DNA of 64,000 nucleotides. Origin: Solirubrobacterales bacterium (GTDB lineage Bacteria; Actinomycetota; Thermoleophilia; Solirubrobacterales; 70-9). The DNA lies in NCBI GenBank assembly GCA_020438445.1, contig JAGQUO010000001.1:2491-66490 (forward strand), in the 5' to 3' direction. Made by a program: the position numbers and the translations under genes. Below the pieces are notes generated by a model that saw only the letters and a program-made list of their open reading frames with translations, made no database searches and was not told the DNA's origin. This document shows positions 36,761 through 47,039 of the stretch, in pieces; position 1 is the stretch's first letter, and each line of letters starts with the position of its first letter.

Positions 36761-38038
36761 TCAGACGAGCGCCGCGCTGACCGGCGCGACCGCCTTGCGG
36801 AAGCAGTCCTCGTCGGCACCGATGCAGGCGGCCGAGATCCGCTCCGGCGCGTAGAGCTCGGCGGCGAGCTCGGCCACGTCGTCGATCGTCACGGCGTCGA
36901 TCCTGGCGATGATCTCGTCGATGCCGAGCAACGGCAGGCCGAAGAGGACGGCGTTGCCGTTCCGGCTCATCCGCGCCGAGGTCGACTCGAGGACGAGGAC
37001 CGTGCGGCCCTTGACGTGCTCCTTCGCCCGCGCCAGCTCCTCCGCGCCCACCGGCGTCGTCCGCAGCGACTCCAGCTCGCCGGCGATCACGTCGCAGGCC
37101 TCGGCGACGTTGTCCTCGCGGGTGCCCACGTACATCGCGACGGTGCCCTGGTCGGCGTACTGCGAGGAGTACGAGCCGACCGAGTAGGCGAGCCCTCGCT
37201 TCTCCCGGATCTCCCGGAACAGTCGCGAGGAGCTCGAGCCGCCGAGGATGGTGTCCATCACGTTGAGCACGAAGCGGCGCTCGTCGCTGCGGCTGATGCC
37301 CGGGGCGCCGAAGCAGATGTGGTACTGCTCCGTCTCCTTCGGGTAGAACCGCAGCCGCCCGGACCCGGCTGCGGGCCCGCCGTCGGAAGGCCCGACCTCG
37401 CCGCGGCGCGGCTGCAGGTGGCGGCCCGCCAGCGCGACGATGCGATCGTGCTCGAGGCTCCCGCTGGCCGAGAGGACGATGTTCGAGCTCACGTAGCGGG
37501 CCTGGTGATAAGCGGAGATGTCGGGGATCGGGATCGAGCCGATCACGTCCGCGGTCCCGAGGATGCGCTGCCCGAGCGGCGCCTCGCCGTAGATCGCGTC
37601 GGCGAGGACGTCGTGTACGCGATCGGACGGCTCGTCCTCGTACATCGCGATCTCCTCGATCACCACCTGGCGCTCGGAGTCGATGTCCGGGAAGGTCGGC
37701 TTCAGGAACATCTCGGCCAGGAGGTCGAGCGCCTTCTCGGTGTGCTCGTCGAGAAACCGCGAGTACAGGTGGGTCGTCTCCTTGCCGGTCGCGGCGTTCG
37801 TCGCCGCGCCGAGCCCGTCGAAGTACTCCGAGATCTCGATCGCCGAGTAACGCTCGGTGCCCTTGAACAGGAGGTGCTCGAGGAAGTGTGAGACGCCGGC
37901 CTGGGCCGGCGTCTCGTCACGCGATCCGGTGCGGACCCAGAGCCCGAGGGCGACCGAGCGGACCGACGGAACGGATTCGGTGACGACCTTGAGGCCGCCC
38001 TCGAGTTCGGTCAGCTCGACGCCTTCGGGAAGGTCCAC
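36761..38038 (-). CDS. M16 family zinc metallopeptidase (insulinase-like)
   Basis: [11 protein letters not shown] inverted zinc motif (HxxEH). Lies downstream of pnp, as in actinobacteria. GTG start. Confidence 0.85.
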   Translation of the reverse strand: MDLPEGVELTELEGGLKVVTESVPSVRSVALGLWVRTGSRDETPAQAGVSHFLEHLLFKGTERYSAIEISEYFDGLGAATNAATGKETTHLYSRFLDEHTEKALDLLAEMFLKPTFPDIDSERQVVIEEIAMYEDEPSDRVHDVLADAIYGEAPLGQRILGTADVIGSIPIPDISAYHQARYVSSNIVLSASGSLEHDRIVALAGRHLQPRRGEVGPSDGGPAAGSGRLRFYPKETEQYHICFGAPGISRSDERRFVLNVMDTILGGSSSSRLFREIREKRGLAYSVGSYSSQYADQGTVAMYVGTREDNVAEACDVIAGELESLRTTPVGAEELARAKEHVKGRTVLVLESTSARMSRNGNAVLFGLPLLGIDEIIARIDAVTIDDVAELAAELYAPERISAACIGADEDCFRKAVAPVSAALV

Positions 38039-38046
38039 GGGCGTCC

Positions 38047-40293
38047 TCAGTCGCGGCGCCGGCGCTCGCGGTCGCCACCGCGGCGACGGTCGCGATCGCG
38101 CCCGCGGCCGCCGCGGTCTCCACCGCCGCGGCGTGGGCCGCGGTCACCGCTGCCCACGGCGGCCAGCTCCTCCTTGGACTTCCCGGCGATCGCCGGGTCG
38201 TCGGAGCGGCGCAGGCCGATCCGGCCACGCTCGCGATCGACCTCGACCACGGTCACGTCCAGCTCGTCGCCCTGGGAGAGGACGTCTTCGACGGCCTCGA
38301 CCCGCTCACCCGGCTTGACCGCCGAGATGTGCAGGAGGCCGTCGGTGCCCTTGACGAGCTCGACGAACGCGCCGAAGGTCGTGGTCTTGACGACCTTGCC
38401 CTTGAACGTGTCGCCGACCTCGGCCTCGCGGGTCATCGCCTCGATCTGCGCGATGCAGGCCTCGACGAGCTCGCCGTTGGCCGCGTAGACGCGGATCGTG
38501 CCGTCGTCCTCGACGTCGATCTGGGCCTCGAACTCCTCCGAGAGGCCACGGATCGTCTCGCCGCCCTTGCCGATGACCGCGCCGATCTTCTCCGGGTCGA
38601 TCTTGATCGATTCGATCCGCGGGGCGGTCGGGCTGAGCTGCTCGCGCGGCCCGTCGATCGCCTCCGACATCTTGCCGAGGATGAACAGCCGGCCCTGGCG
38701 GGCCTGCTCCAGCGCCTCGCGGAGGATGTCGAAGGTGACGCCGGTGATCTTGATGTCCATCTGGAGGGCGTTGATCCCCTCCTCGGTGCCGGCGACCTTG
38801 AAGTCCATGTCGCCGAGGTGATCCTCGACGCCGGCGATGTCGGTCAGGACGATCACGTGGTCGTCCTCCTTGATCAGGCCCATGGCCACGCCGGCGACCG
38901 GTGAGGACACCGGGACGCCCGCGGCCTGGAGGGCCATCGAGGAGGCACAGACGGAGCCCATGGACGAGGAGCCGTTGGACTCCAGGGTCTCGGAGACGAC
39001 CCGGGTGACGTAGGGGAAGTCCTCCACGCTCGGCATCGTCGGCGCCAGCGCCCGCTCGGCGAGCGCGCCGTGTCCGATGTCGCGGCGCTTCGGCCCACGC
39101 ATGAACCCGGCCTCCCCGACCGAGTAGGGCGGGAAGTTGTAGTGGTGGAAGAACGTCTTGGTCTCCTGCAGCCCGAGGTTGTCGAGCCGCATGTCCATCC
39201 GGGTGGTGCCGAGCGCCACGTTGGAGAGGATCTGCGTCTCGCCGCGGGTGAACAACGCCGAGCCGTGAACCCGGGGCGAGATGTCGACCTCGGTCTCGAT
39301 CGGGCGGATCTCGTCCTGGGCGCGACCGTCCGGGCGCTTCTTGTCGATCGCGATGCGACGACGGATCGTCGTCTTCTCGATCGAGCCGAAGGCACGCGAG
39401 ACCTCGTCGCGGCGGGCGGCGTCAGCCTCCTCGTCGCCGGTCTCCGGCGCGTACTGGGCAAGGACGGCGTCCTTGATCGCCTCGATCGCCTCCTGGCGGG
39501 CGAGCTTCTCGGGGACGCTGGTCGCCTCGTCGATCGCGTTGGCATGGCTGCCACGGATCTGCTCGACGAGGGCCTCGTCGAGAGCCGGAGCCTCGACCGA
39601 GATCTTCTCCTTGCCGGCGATGCCCGCCAGCTCCTCCATCGCGCCGACGAGCTTCTTGATCTCGGCGTGGGCGATGTCGAGGGCGTCGAGCACCTCGGCC
39701 TCGGTGACGTTGTCGGCACCGCACTCGACCATCAGGATCGCGTCCTTGGAGCCGGAGACGATCAGGTCCATCTCGAGGTTCTCGTGCTCCTCCTCCGACG
39801 GGTTGACGACGAAGTCGCCGTCGAGCTTGCCGACGCGGACGGCGCCGACGTGCTCGGCGACCGGGACCGGCGAGATCGCCAGGGCCGCGGAGGCGCCGTT
39901 CATCGCGAGGATGTCGTAGGGGTGGACGTGGTCGACCGAGAGCGGCGTCGAGACGAGCTGCGTCTCGTAGTGCCAGCCCTTCGGGAAGAGCGGCCGCAGC
40001 GGGCGGTCGATCATCCGGGCGGTCAGGGTGGCCTTCTCGCCGGCGCGGGCCTCGCGCCGGAAGTAGGAGCCGGGGATCCGGCCGACGGCGTAGTGCCGCT
40101 CCTCCACGTCGACGGTCAGCGGCAGGAAGTCAACATCCCGGAGGTTGCCCATCGTCGCGGTGCAGAGGACCATCGTGTCTCCGCTGCGGACGACGACGGC
40201 GCCGCTCGCCTGGCGGGCGAGCTTTCCGGTTTCGAACGAGATCTCCGCTCCGCCGACCTCGACCGAGACGCTCTTAACGTCGAACATAGTCAT
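38047..40293 (-). CDS. pnp: polyribonucleotide nucleotidyltransferase (PNPase)
   Basis: Two RNase PH domains, KH (IGKGGETIRGL) and S1 (GAFVELVKGTDGLLHIS). Arg/Gly/Asp-rich C-terminal tail. Confidence 0.97.
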   Translation of the reverse strand: MTMFDVKSVSVEVGGAEISFETGKLARQASGAVVVRSGDTMVLCTATMGNLRDVDFLPLTVDVEERHYAVGRIPGSYFRREARAGEKATLTARMIDRPLRPLFPKGWHYETQLVSTPLSVDHVHPYDILAMNGASAALAISPVPVAEHVGAVRVGKLDGDFVVNPSEEEHENLEMDLIVSGSKDAILMVECGADNVTEAEVLDALDIAHAEIKKLVGAMEELAGIAGKEKISVEAPALDEALVEQIRGSHANAIDEATSVPEKLARQEAIEAIKDAVLAQYAPETGDEEADAARRDEVSRAFGSIEKTTIRRRIAIDKKRPDGRAQDEIRPIETEVDISPRVHGSALFTRGETQILSNVALGTTRMDMRLDNLGLQETKTFFHHYNFPPYSVGEAGFMRGPKRRDIGHGALAERALAPTMPSVEDFPYVTRVVSETLESNGSSSMGSVCASSMALQAAGVPVSSPVAGVAMGLIKEDDHVIVLTDIAGVEDHLGDMDFKVAGTEEGINALQMDIKITGVTFDILREALEQARQGRLFILGKMSEAIDGPREQLSPTAPRIESIKIDPEKIGAVIGKGGETIRGLSEEFEAQIDVEDDGTIRVYAANGELVEACIAQIEAMTREAEVGDTFKGKVVKTTTFGAFVELVKGTDGLLHISAVKPGERVEAVEDVLSQGDELDVTVVEVDRERGRIGLRRSDDPAIAGKSKEELAAVGSGDRGPRRGGGDRGGRGRDRDRRRGGDRERRRRD

Positions 40294-40426
40294 TTATTCG
40301 CTTTTCCTTCCGAGGCCGTCGCTTCCGTATTCGGCGCGGGAGATTGAGACCCGCGTGGTGACGACCCACTCAGTTTCGGATTGATTTTCCGGCGAGAGGT
40401 TACAGATGGAGCGCGGCGGCGCCCTC

Positions 40427-40945
40427 TCAGGCCCGCTCGCCGCGTAGGCAGAGCTCCTCGAGCCCCGCCTCGAGGTCGGGGCCGAGCGGGTTGGTCCCGG
40501 CGAAGCCGGCCGGGGTCCCCGTGACCCCGGCCCGGATCCCGGAACGGAAGTCGCGGTCGACGCGGGCGATCACGGATTCGCTCCGGCGGTCGGCCTGGAA
40601 GCGTTCGAGATCGAGCCCCATCGCCCGCACCCGCTCCCAGAGGTGAGGGTCGTCGACGTACGCGCGATCGCCCAGCAGCGAGTCCCAGAAATCCCAGAAC
40701 GCCGGCTCCGACTGCGCCGCGACCGCTTCGGCGGCGTGGTGGAGAGCGGGCGAGCGCGGGCGCTTGCTCGCGACCGGGAAGTGGCGCACGCAGAGGCGCA
40801 GCGGCAGGGCCGAGATCCGTCCCCAACTGCCCGCGCAGCGCGGACAGGCGAGATCGAGGTAAAGGACGGCGAGCGGGCCGTCGCCGCGGACGTGGTCGCC
40901 CTCACCCGGGGGCGGGACGGCGGCGCTCCCCAGCGAGGAGACCAC
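40427..40945 (-). CDS. DsbA-like thioredoxin-fold protein (CPRC active site), no signal peptide
   Basis: LDLACPRCAG CxxC motif, HFPV, FWDFWDSLL and GVTGTPAGF, as in DsbA-family thiol:disulfide oxidoreductases. GTG start. Confidence 0.6.
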   Translation of the reverse strand: MVSSLGSAAVPPPGEGDHVRGDGPLAVLYLDLACPRCAGSWGRISALPLRLCVRHFPVASKRPRSPALHHAAEAVAAQSEPAFWDFWDSLLGDRAYVDDPHLWERVRAMGLDLERFQADRRSESVIARVDRDFRSGIRAGVTGTPAGFAGTNPLGPDLEAGLEELCLRGERA

Positions 40946-40957
40946 GCCGGCGTGGTC

Positions 40958-41413
40958 TCAGGCCCCGTCCAGGGCGTCGAAGATCAGGTTCGCGCCGGGG
41001 ATCTCCAGCGGCGTCGGGGCGGCGAACGACCAGGCGACGGTCCCATCTCGCTCCACGAGCACCAGCGAGCGGTTCGAATGGCCCCAATCGTCGAGGTAGG
41101 CGCCGTATGCCGCGCAGACCTCCCCCTTCGGGTGGAAGTCGGCGAGCAGCGGGAAGGTCAGGCCGAGCTTCTCGCGGAACGCTGCGTGGCAGGCCGCGGA
41201 ATCGACGCTGATGCCGACCAGGGTTGCGTCGCGGGCCTCGATCTCGCCGAGGACCTCCTGATAGATCGAGAGCTGGTCGGTGCAGACCGCGCTGAAGTCG
41301 AGCGGGTAGAAGGCGATCACCAGGCGACGACCGGAGAAGTCCTCGAGCGCGACCTCGTTGCCGGCGTGGTCGTGGAGGCGGAAGCCGGGCGCGGGGATGC
41401 CGGGCTCGATCAT
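40958..41413 (-). CDS. peroxiredoxin (AhpC/TSA, Bcp-like)
   Basis: APGFRL, VIAFYPLDFSAVCTDQL (peroxidatic Cys context) and FPLLADF. Confidence 0.85.
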   Translation of the reverse strand: MIEPGIPAPGFRLHDHAGNEVALEDFSGRRLVIAFYPLDFSAVCTDQLSIYQEVLGEIEARDATLVGISVDSAACHAAFREKLGLTFPLLADFHPKGEVCAAYGAYLDDWGHSNRSLVLVERDGTVAWSFAAPTPLEIPGANLIFDALDGA

Positions 41414-41429
41414 CGGACCAGCCGGTGGC

Positions 41430-41699
41430 TCAGCGCCGGAGGCCGAGCTCGGCGACCAGCGAGCGGTAGCGCTCGAGGTCCGTCCGCTCCAGGTACCGCA
41501 GCAGGCGGCGACGGCGCCCGACCAGCATCAACAGGCCACGACGGGAATGGTGGTCCTTGCTGTGGGTGCGCAGGTGCTCGGTGAGCTCGTTGATCCGCTC
41601 GGTGAGAAGGGCGACCTGGACCTCGGTGGACCCCGTGTCGTCGCCGTCGCGGCCGTACTTGCCGACGAGCTCTGCTTTCTTGTCCTTGGTCAGCGACAT
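41430..41699 (-). CDS. rpsO: 30S ribosomal protein S15
   Basis: [35 protein letters not shown]. Confidence 0.95.
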   Translation of the reverse strand: MSLTKDKKAELVGKYGRDGDDTGSTEVQVALLTERINELTEHLRTHSKDHHSRRGLLMLVGRRRRLLRYLERTDLERYRSLVAELGLRR

Positions 41700-41747
41700 C
41701 GATCTCTTTCAAGCATACGTTGGGCGCATCGCGGTGGGCGGGGCGCC

Positions 41748-42653
41748 TCAGGGACGCGAGAATGTAGCACAGACCTCGCGGGCCTCCTCGACGTCGCGGT
41801 GCATCTGTGCGACGAGCTCGTCGACCCCGTCGAAGCGCTTCTCGCCCCGGAGCCGCTTCACGAACGCGACCCGCAGCTGCTTGCCGTAGAGGTCCTCGTC
41901 GTGGTCGATGATGTAGGTCTCGACGAGGACGCCCCTGCCGCTCTCGAAGGTCGGGCGAACGCCCACGTTGACCGCGGCGGGCAGGCCGTTGGCGAACGCG
42001 GCGTAGATCCCGTAGCCGGGGTGGACGAAGCGTTCGTCGGGCACGATGTTCGCCGTCGGAAAGCCGAGGGTCCGCCCGCGCCGGTCGCCGGAGACCACCT
42101 CGCCCTCGAGCATGAACGGCGAACCGAGGCAACGCTGCGCCCCCTCGACGTCTCCCGCCGCGATCAGCGCCCGGATCCGGGTGGAGGACACCGTCTCCGA
42201 GCCGACCTCGACCAGCGGCACCACCGTCGTCTCGAACTCGTCGCGCGCGGCGAGCAGCTCGGGGGTTCCCTTCGCCTTCGCTCCGAACCTGAAGTTCTCA
42301 CCCACCCGGACGTGCCTGGCGCCGAGTCGCTCGATCAGGACCTCGCGGCAGAACTCATCGGGCGAGATCGACGAGAACTCCCGATCGAACGGGATCACGA
42401 CCAGCTCGGACACCCCGAGGCCCTCGATCACGTCGCGCTTGACCGTGAACGGCATGATCAGCTTCGGTGCCGCCTCGGGATGAATCACCGACAGCGGGTG
42501 CGGCTCGAAGGTGAGCACGGTGTCGGCCGCATCGATCACCTTGCGATGCCCGACGTGGACGCCGTCGAAGCTCCCGATCGCGACCGTGCGGTCGCGCGGT
42601 GCGGCGTCGGGCAGCTGTGTGACCTCGATCTGCATGGGCGAGGCCCTACTCAA
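41748..42653 (-). CDS. ribF: bifunctional riboflavin kinase / FAD synthetase
   Basis: GSFDGVHVGH, then the riboflavin kinase GRTLGFPTANI. The more likely start is ATG 42635, 11 nt after the truB stop. Confidence 0.9.
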   Translation of the reverse strand: MSRASPMQIEVTQLPDAAPRDRTVAIGSFDGVHVGHRKVIDAADTVLTFEPHPLSVIHPEAAPKLIMPFTVKRDVIEGLGVSELVVIPFDREFSSISPDEFCREVLIERLGARHVRVGENFRFGAKAKGTPELLAARDEFETTVVPLVEVGSETVSSTRIRALIAAGDVEGAQRCLGSPFMLEGEVVSGDRRGRTLGFPTANIVPDERFVHPGYGIYAAFANGLPAAVNVGVRPTFESGRGVLVETYIIDHDEDLYGKQLRVAFVKRLRGEKRFDGVDELVAQMHRDVEEAREVCATFSRP

Positions 42654-43467
42654 TCACGGGGAGCACGACCTCCGTCCGCAGGAGGCCCTCATGGGCGCGC
42701 GCGACCGCGACCAGGACGCCGCCGCGCATCAGCCGGACCGGCCCCGTGTCGTCATCGATGCCCTCCGGCGCCTCGATCCTGATGCCGGTGCGGATGCGGC
42801 GCTCGTCCTCGGCCCCGACCTCGATCGCGGGCAGATGGGTGACGAGCTCTGCAGGGGGCCGGATGACCTCCGCGGCGCCGGGCTCCGGCAGCCCCAGGGA
42901 CCCGATCGCGGTCCGCCGGAGCTCCTCGCAGTACGCGTCTTCGAGCGTCTCGACGAGGGTGCGGACGTACGTGCCGGAAGAGCACTCGATCTCGAAGGTC
43001 GCCCGGCCGCCGGTCGCTTCGACCAGATCGGCGCGATGGATCTCGACCTCGCGCGTCGGCGTCCGCACCACCTCGCCACGGTGGGCCTTCGCGTACAGGC
43101 GCTCCCCCCCGACCCTGACGGCGGACGTCATCGGGACCGTCTGCAGGATCCGCCCGGTCGGGAGCTCGAGCCGGTCCGGCACCCGTCCGGTCTCCGTGAG
43201 CTCGCCGTCGCGGTCGCCGGTCGAGGATCGCCAGCCGAGCCGGGCCGTCGCGACATAGGTCTTCGGCAGGCCGAGGACGTACCGCTGCAGCCTGGTCGCC
43301 GAACCGAGCAGGACGATCAGAAGCCCGGTCGCGAAGGGGTCGAGGGTTCCGGCGTGGCCCGCCTTGATCCCGAGCTCGCGGCGGCGGTCGGCGACGACGT
43401 CGTGCGAGGTGACGCCGGGGGGCTTGTCGGTGCAGATGAAGCCGCTCGGGGGGATCCGGTCAGCCAA
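42646..43467 (-). CDS. truB: tRNA pseudouridine(55) synthase
   Basis: DKPPGVTSHDVV and the catalytic Asp motif HAGTLDPFATG. TTG start. Confidence 0.9.
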   Translation of the reverse strand: MADRIPPSGFICTDKPPGVTSHDVVADRRRELGIKAGHAGTLDPFATGLLIVLLGSATRLQRYVLGLPKTYVATARLGWRSSTGDRDGELTETGRVPDRLELPTGRILQTVPMTSAVRVGGERLYAKAHRGEVVRTPTREVEIHRADLVEATGGRATFEIECSSGTYVRTLVETLEDAYCEELRRTAIGSLGLPEPGAAEVIRPPAELVTHLPAIEVGAEDERRIRTGIRIEAPEGIDDDTGPVRLMRGGVLVAVARAHEGLLRTEVVLPVIE

Positions 43468-44467
43468 GCCCGGCGCGGGTCTCGTCGCTCAGGAACTCGA
43501 TCAGGTCGTCGTAGCTGCGGTCGGTCGAGAACCCGGCGGCGCGGCGATGCCCTCCCCCGCCCATCTTCCTCGCGATCACCGAGACGTCCACGGAGCCGTC
43601 GGTCGAGCGCAGGCTGACCTTGCGGGCGGCGCCGGTGCCGTCCGGCTTGTCCCGAATGACGGCTGCGACCGAGGTTCCCTCGATCCCGCGGACGAAGTCG
43701 ATGATCCCTTCGGTCAGGGTCTCGTCGGCGCCGGTGGCCTCGTAGTCCTCGTCCGAGAGGTAGGTCGTCGAGAGCGCTCCGTCGAGGCGCCGGTCGATCC
43801 GGCCGAGCGCACGGGCGATCAGCTTCAGCTTGGCCTCGGGGACGCGCTCGTAGAGGCGCCGGAAGGTCCCGTTGACGTCGACGCCGGACTCGATCAGCTC
43901 GGCGGCGACGCGATGCGTCCGGGCGTCCGTGTTCTCGTACATGAACTGGCCGGTGTCCGTGATCAGCCCGACGTAAAGAGCCTGGGCGATCGACTCGGTG
44001 ATCTCGACCCCGAGGCGCCGGCAGAGGTCGAAGACGATCTCGGCCGTGGAGGAGGCCTCGACGTCGACGAGGTCGACGTCGGCGAAGCGCGTGTTGTCGT
44101 GGTGGTGGTCGATGTTGAGCATTCGCCGCCCGTCGCGCAGCCACGGGACCGGCATCCGGTCGATGTTCCCGCAGTCGAGGAAGACGACGGTCCGGTCGGA
44201 GAGGTCGGCGGGCGCCTCGTGGAACACCTCCTGCAGCGGCAGGAAGCGGTATTCGAGGGGCAGTGGGAACTCCTTCTCGGCCAGGAACATGACCGAGTCC
44301 TTGCCGAGCTGGGTCAGCGCCTCGTGCAGGGCGAGCGTCGAGCCGAGCGCGTCGCCGTCGGGACCCTCGTGGGTCGTGATCAGGAACCGCTCCGTCGAGG
44401 TCAGCTCCTCGACGATCGCCGCCGTCGCCGCTTCCACCTCGGATGCGTTGGCGTTCGCGGTGCTCAC
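43460..44467 (-). CDS. DHH/DHHA1 family phosphoesterase (NrnA-like oligoribonuclease / pAp phosphatase)
   Basis: HEGPDGDALGS, NIDHHHDN and a GGGGHRRAAGF DHHA1 motif. Confidence 0.8.
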   Translation of the reverse strand: MSTANANASEVEAATAAIVEELTSTERFLITTHEGPDGDALGSTLALHEALTQLGKDSVMFLAEKEFPLPLEYRFLPLQEVFHEAPADLSDRTVVFLDCGNIDRMPVPWLRDGRRMLNIDHHHDNTRFADVDLVDVEASSTAEIVFDLCRRLGVEITESIAQALYVGLITDTGQFMYENTDARTHRVAAELIESGVDVNGTFRRLYERVPEAKLKLIARALGRIDRRLDGALSTTYLSDEDYEATGADETLTEGIIDFVRGIEGTSVAAVIRDKPDGTGAARKVSLRSTDGSVDVSVIARKMGGGGHRRAAGFSTDRSYDDLIEFLSDETRAGLG

Positions 44468-44796
44468 TCGTCGAGCATCCTCGTGATCCGGTCCGCCCGC
44501 TCGACCGAGTCGTCGTAGACGAACTGCAGGGCCGGGGTGCGCTTCATCCGCAGCTGGGAGGCGATCGCCTTCTGGATGACGCCGTGAGAGGCCTGGAGCG
44601 CCTTCATCGTCTCCGCCTTCTCGTCGTCGCTGCCGAGCACGCTGACGTGCACCTGCGCGGTTCTCAGGTCGGGGCTTGTCTTGACTGCTGTCACCGTCAC
44701 GAATCCAATCCGAGGGTCCTGCAACTCACCCCCGATCGTCGCTCCGATCACCTCGCGCAGAACCCCGTCGACGCGTCGCATGCGCGATACGGCCAT
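44464..44796 (-). CDS. rbfA: ribosome-binding factor A
   Basis: DPRIGFVTVTAVKTSPDLRTAQVHVSV. Position between infB and nrnA/truB. Confidence 0.9.
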   Translation of the reverse strand: MAVSRMRRVDGVLREVIGATIGGELQDPRIGFVTVTAVKTSPDLRTAQVHVSVLGSDDEKAETMKALQASHGVIQKAIASQLRMKRTPALQFVYDDSVERADRITRMLDE

Positions 44797-44843
44797 CGGG
44801 GCCGACTATAGCCGGGAGACGCTCTCGGAACCCGCGGGAGCCG

Positions 44844-47039
44844 CTAACCGAGCGTCTTCTCGACCTCGGTCGTCTCGAACACCTCGAGGACGTCGCCGAC
44901 CTTCACGTCCTGGAACCCGTCCAGGGTGATGCCGCACTCCTGGCCCTCCTCGACCTCGCGGACGTCGTCCTTGAACCGGCGCAGGGACGCGATCCTGCCG
45001 GTCCAGATGACGGTGCCGTCGCGGACGAGCCGCGCCTGCGCGTCGCGGGTGATCCGTCCCTCGGTCACCTGGGAGCCGGCGATCGTCCCGATCTTCGAGG
45101 CCTTGAACAGCTCGAGCACCTCGGCCTCGCCGAGCGAGCTCTCGACCTGCTCGGGCTCCAGCATCCCCTCCATCGCCGCCCGCAGCTCCTCGGTGACCTT
45201 GTAGATCACCGAATAGGTGCGGATCTCGACGCCTTCGCTCGCCGCCGCCCGCTTCGCGTCGGCGAGCGGCCTCACGTTGAAGCCGATGATGATCGCGTCG
45301 GACGCCGCCGCGAGCATGACGTCGGACTCGTTGATGCCGCCGGCCGCAGCGTGGACCACGTCGACGGCGACCTCGTCCTGGGGCAGCTTCGCGATCTCGT
45401 CCTGGAGCGCCTCCAGCGAGCCGGCCACGTCGGCCTTCAGAAGCAGGTTGATCTGCTTGATCTCGCCCTGCTTGGCCTTCGAGAAGACGTCCTCGAGCGT
45501 GATCCTGCGGGCGGTGCGACGCGCCTGCGCCTCGGTCTTGAGCCGGATCGCGCGCTCGCCGGCGAGCTGGCGGGCGCGCCGGTCGTTCTCGACGACCTGC
45601 GCCCGCTCGCCGGCCTCGCCGACGCCGTCGAAGCCGAGGACCTCGACGGGGTCCCCGGGGCCCGCCTCCTTGATCCGGTTGCCGTTGAAGTCGTGCATCG
45701 CCCTGACCCGGCCCCACTGCGAGCCGGCCACCATCGAGTCACCGACCCGGAGCGTCCCGCGCTGGACGAGGATCGTCACGACCGCGCCGCGGCCGGGGTC
45801 GAGGTGGGATTCGATGACCGTTCCGGACGCCTCCGCCACGGGGTTCGCCTTCAGGTCCTCGAGCTCGGTGACCAGCAGGATCATGTGCAGGAGGTTGTCC
45901 AGGCCCTCGTGGGTCTTGGCGGAGACGTCGCAGTAGACGGTCTCGCCGCCCCAGTCCTCCGGGTTCAGCCCGAGGTTCGCGAGCTCGCCGCGCACCTTGT
46001 CGGGCGTCGCGCCCTCCTTGTCGATCTTGTTGACGGCGATCATCACCGGGACGTCGGCGGCCCTGGCGTGATCGATCGCCTCGACCGTCTGGGGCATCAC
46101 CCCGTCGTCCGCCGCGACGACGACGATCGCGACGTCGGTCACCTTCGCTCCCCGCGCCCGCATCGCCGTGAACGCCTGGTGTCCGGGCGTGTCGAGGAAG
46201 GTGATCGTGCGGCCCTCCTGGTGGACCTGGTAGGCACCGATGTGCTGGGTGATCCCACCGGCCTCCCCGGCCGCGACCTCGGTCGTCCGGATCGCATCGA
46301 GCAGCGAGGTCTTGCCGTGGTCGACGTGTCCCATCACCGTGACGACCGGCGGTCTGAGGACGAGGTCGGCCTCGTCGTCCTCGAAGGCCGGCTCGTCGTC
46401 GACCTCCTCGGAGGCGCGGACGATCTCGACCTTCTGCTCGAACTCGTCCGCCAGGACGAGAACGGTCTCGTCGGTGAGCGTCTGAGTGAGCGTCGCCATC
46501 TCGCCCTGCTGCATCAGCTTCTTGATCACTTCGGCGCTGCTGACGCCGAAGGTCTCGGAGACCTCGCGGACGGTCGCCCCCGAGTTGACCTTGAGTGCCT
46601 GCGGCTCCTCGGTGCTCGGGGTCTTCAGCTCCGGCGATTCGTCGAATGCCGGGCGGCGGCGGCGGCCCCGACGGCGCGGCGGCCGCTGCGGTGGCCCCTG
46701 CGACATGTGCTCGCGGCGGGCCGCCTGCGAGTCGATGACGACCCGCCGGCGCTTCTTGCCGCCCCCGTCACCTCCGGGCGAGCCCGTCGGGCGCTTCACG
46801 GGCTGGCCCGGCGCCTTCCGGGCCGGGGCGGCCTTGGCGGAGGCCGCCTTCGCGTTCGCGGAGTCCGGCTTCTTCTTCGGGAGCGCTCCGGCCGCGGCGA
46901 GCGCCTTCAGCGCGGTCGCCTGGTCGACGCTGGAAGAGGCCGTCTTCACCTCGACGTTCGACGCCTTCAGGGCCTCGATGACCCGCGAGCTCTCGAGGCC
47001 GAGGGCCTTGGCTATCTCGTGGACGCGCTGCTTCGCCAT
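44844..47039 (-). CDS. infB: translation initiation factor IF-2
   Basis: GTPase G1 [17 protein letters not shown] and NKID, plus a basic low-complexity N-terminal region. Confidence 0.97.
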   Translation of the reverse strand: MAKQRVHEIAKALGLESSRVIEALKASNVEVKTASSSVDQATALKALAAAGALPKKKPDSANAKAASAKAAPARKAPGQPVKRPTGSPGGDGGGKKRRRVVIDSQAARREHMSQGPPQRPPRRRGRRRRPAFDESPELKTPSTEEPQALKVNSGATVREVSETFGVSSAEVIKKLMQQGEMATLTQTLTDETVLVLADEFEQKVEIVRASEEVDDEPAFEDDEADLVLRPPVVTVMGHVDHGKTSLLDAIRTTEVAAGEAGGITQHIGAYQVHQEGRTITFLDTPGHQAFTAMRARGAKVTDVAIVVVAADDGVMPQTVEAIDHARAADVPVMIAVNKIDKEGATPDKVRGELANLGLNPEDWGGETVYCDVSAKTHEGLDNLLHMILLVTELEDLKANPVAEASGTVIESHLDPGRGAVVTILVQRGTLRVGDSMVAGSQWGRVRAMHDFNGNRIKEAGPGDPVEVLGFDGVGEAGERAQVVENDRRARQLAGERAIRLKTEAQARRTARRITLEDVFSKAKQGEIKQINLLLKADVAGSLEALQDEIAKLPQDEVAVDVVHAAAGGINESDVMLAAASDAIIIGFNVRPLADAKRAAASEGVEIRTYSVIYKVTEELRAAMEGMLEPEQVESSLGEAEVLELFKASKIGTIAGSQVTEGRITRDAQARLVRDGTVIWTGRIASLRRFKDDVREVEEGQECGITLDGFQDVKVGDVLEVFETTEVEKTLG

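Noticed and set aside
35312-37891. An 859-aa plus-strand ORF spanning three minus-strand genes. Similar long ORFs occur at 10976-12967 (-), 19712-21460 (+), 27583-29442 (+), 34183-36087 (+), 45351-47603 (+), 54049-55806 (+), 57953-59704 (+) and 59563-61557 (+).
   Set aside because: All lie antisense to genes with unmistakable conserved motifs (dapB, M16, corA, rny, ftsK, infB, rpsB and others). Their translations are Arg/Pro/Gly/Asp-rich low complexity with no motifs. Stop codons are AT-rich and therefore scarce in ~70% GC DNA, so these are shadow ORFs.
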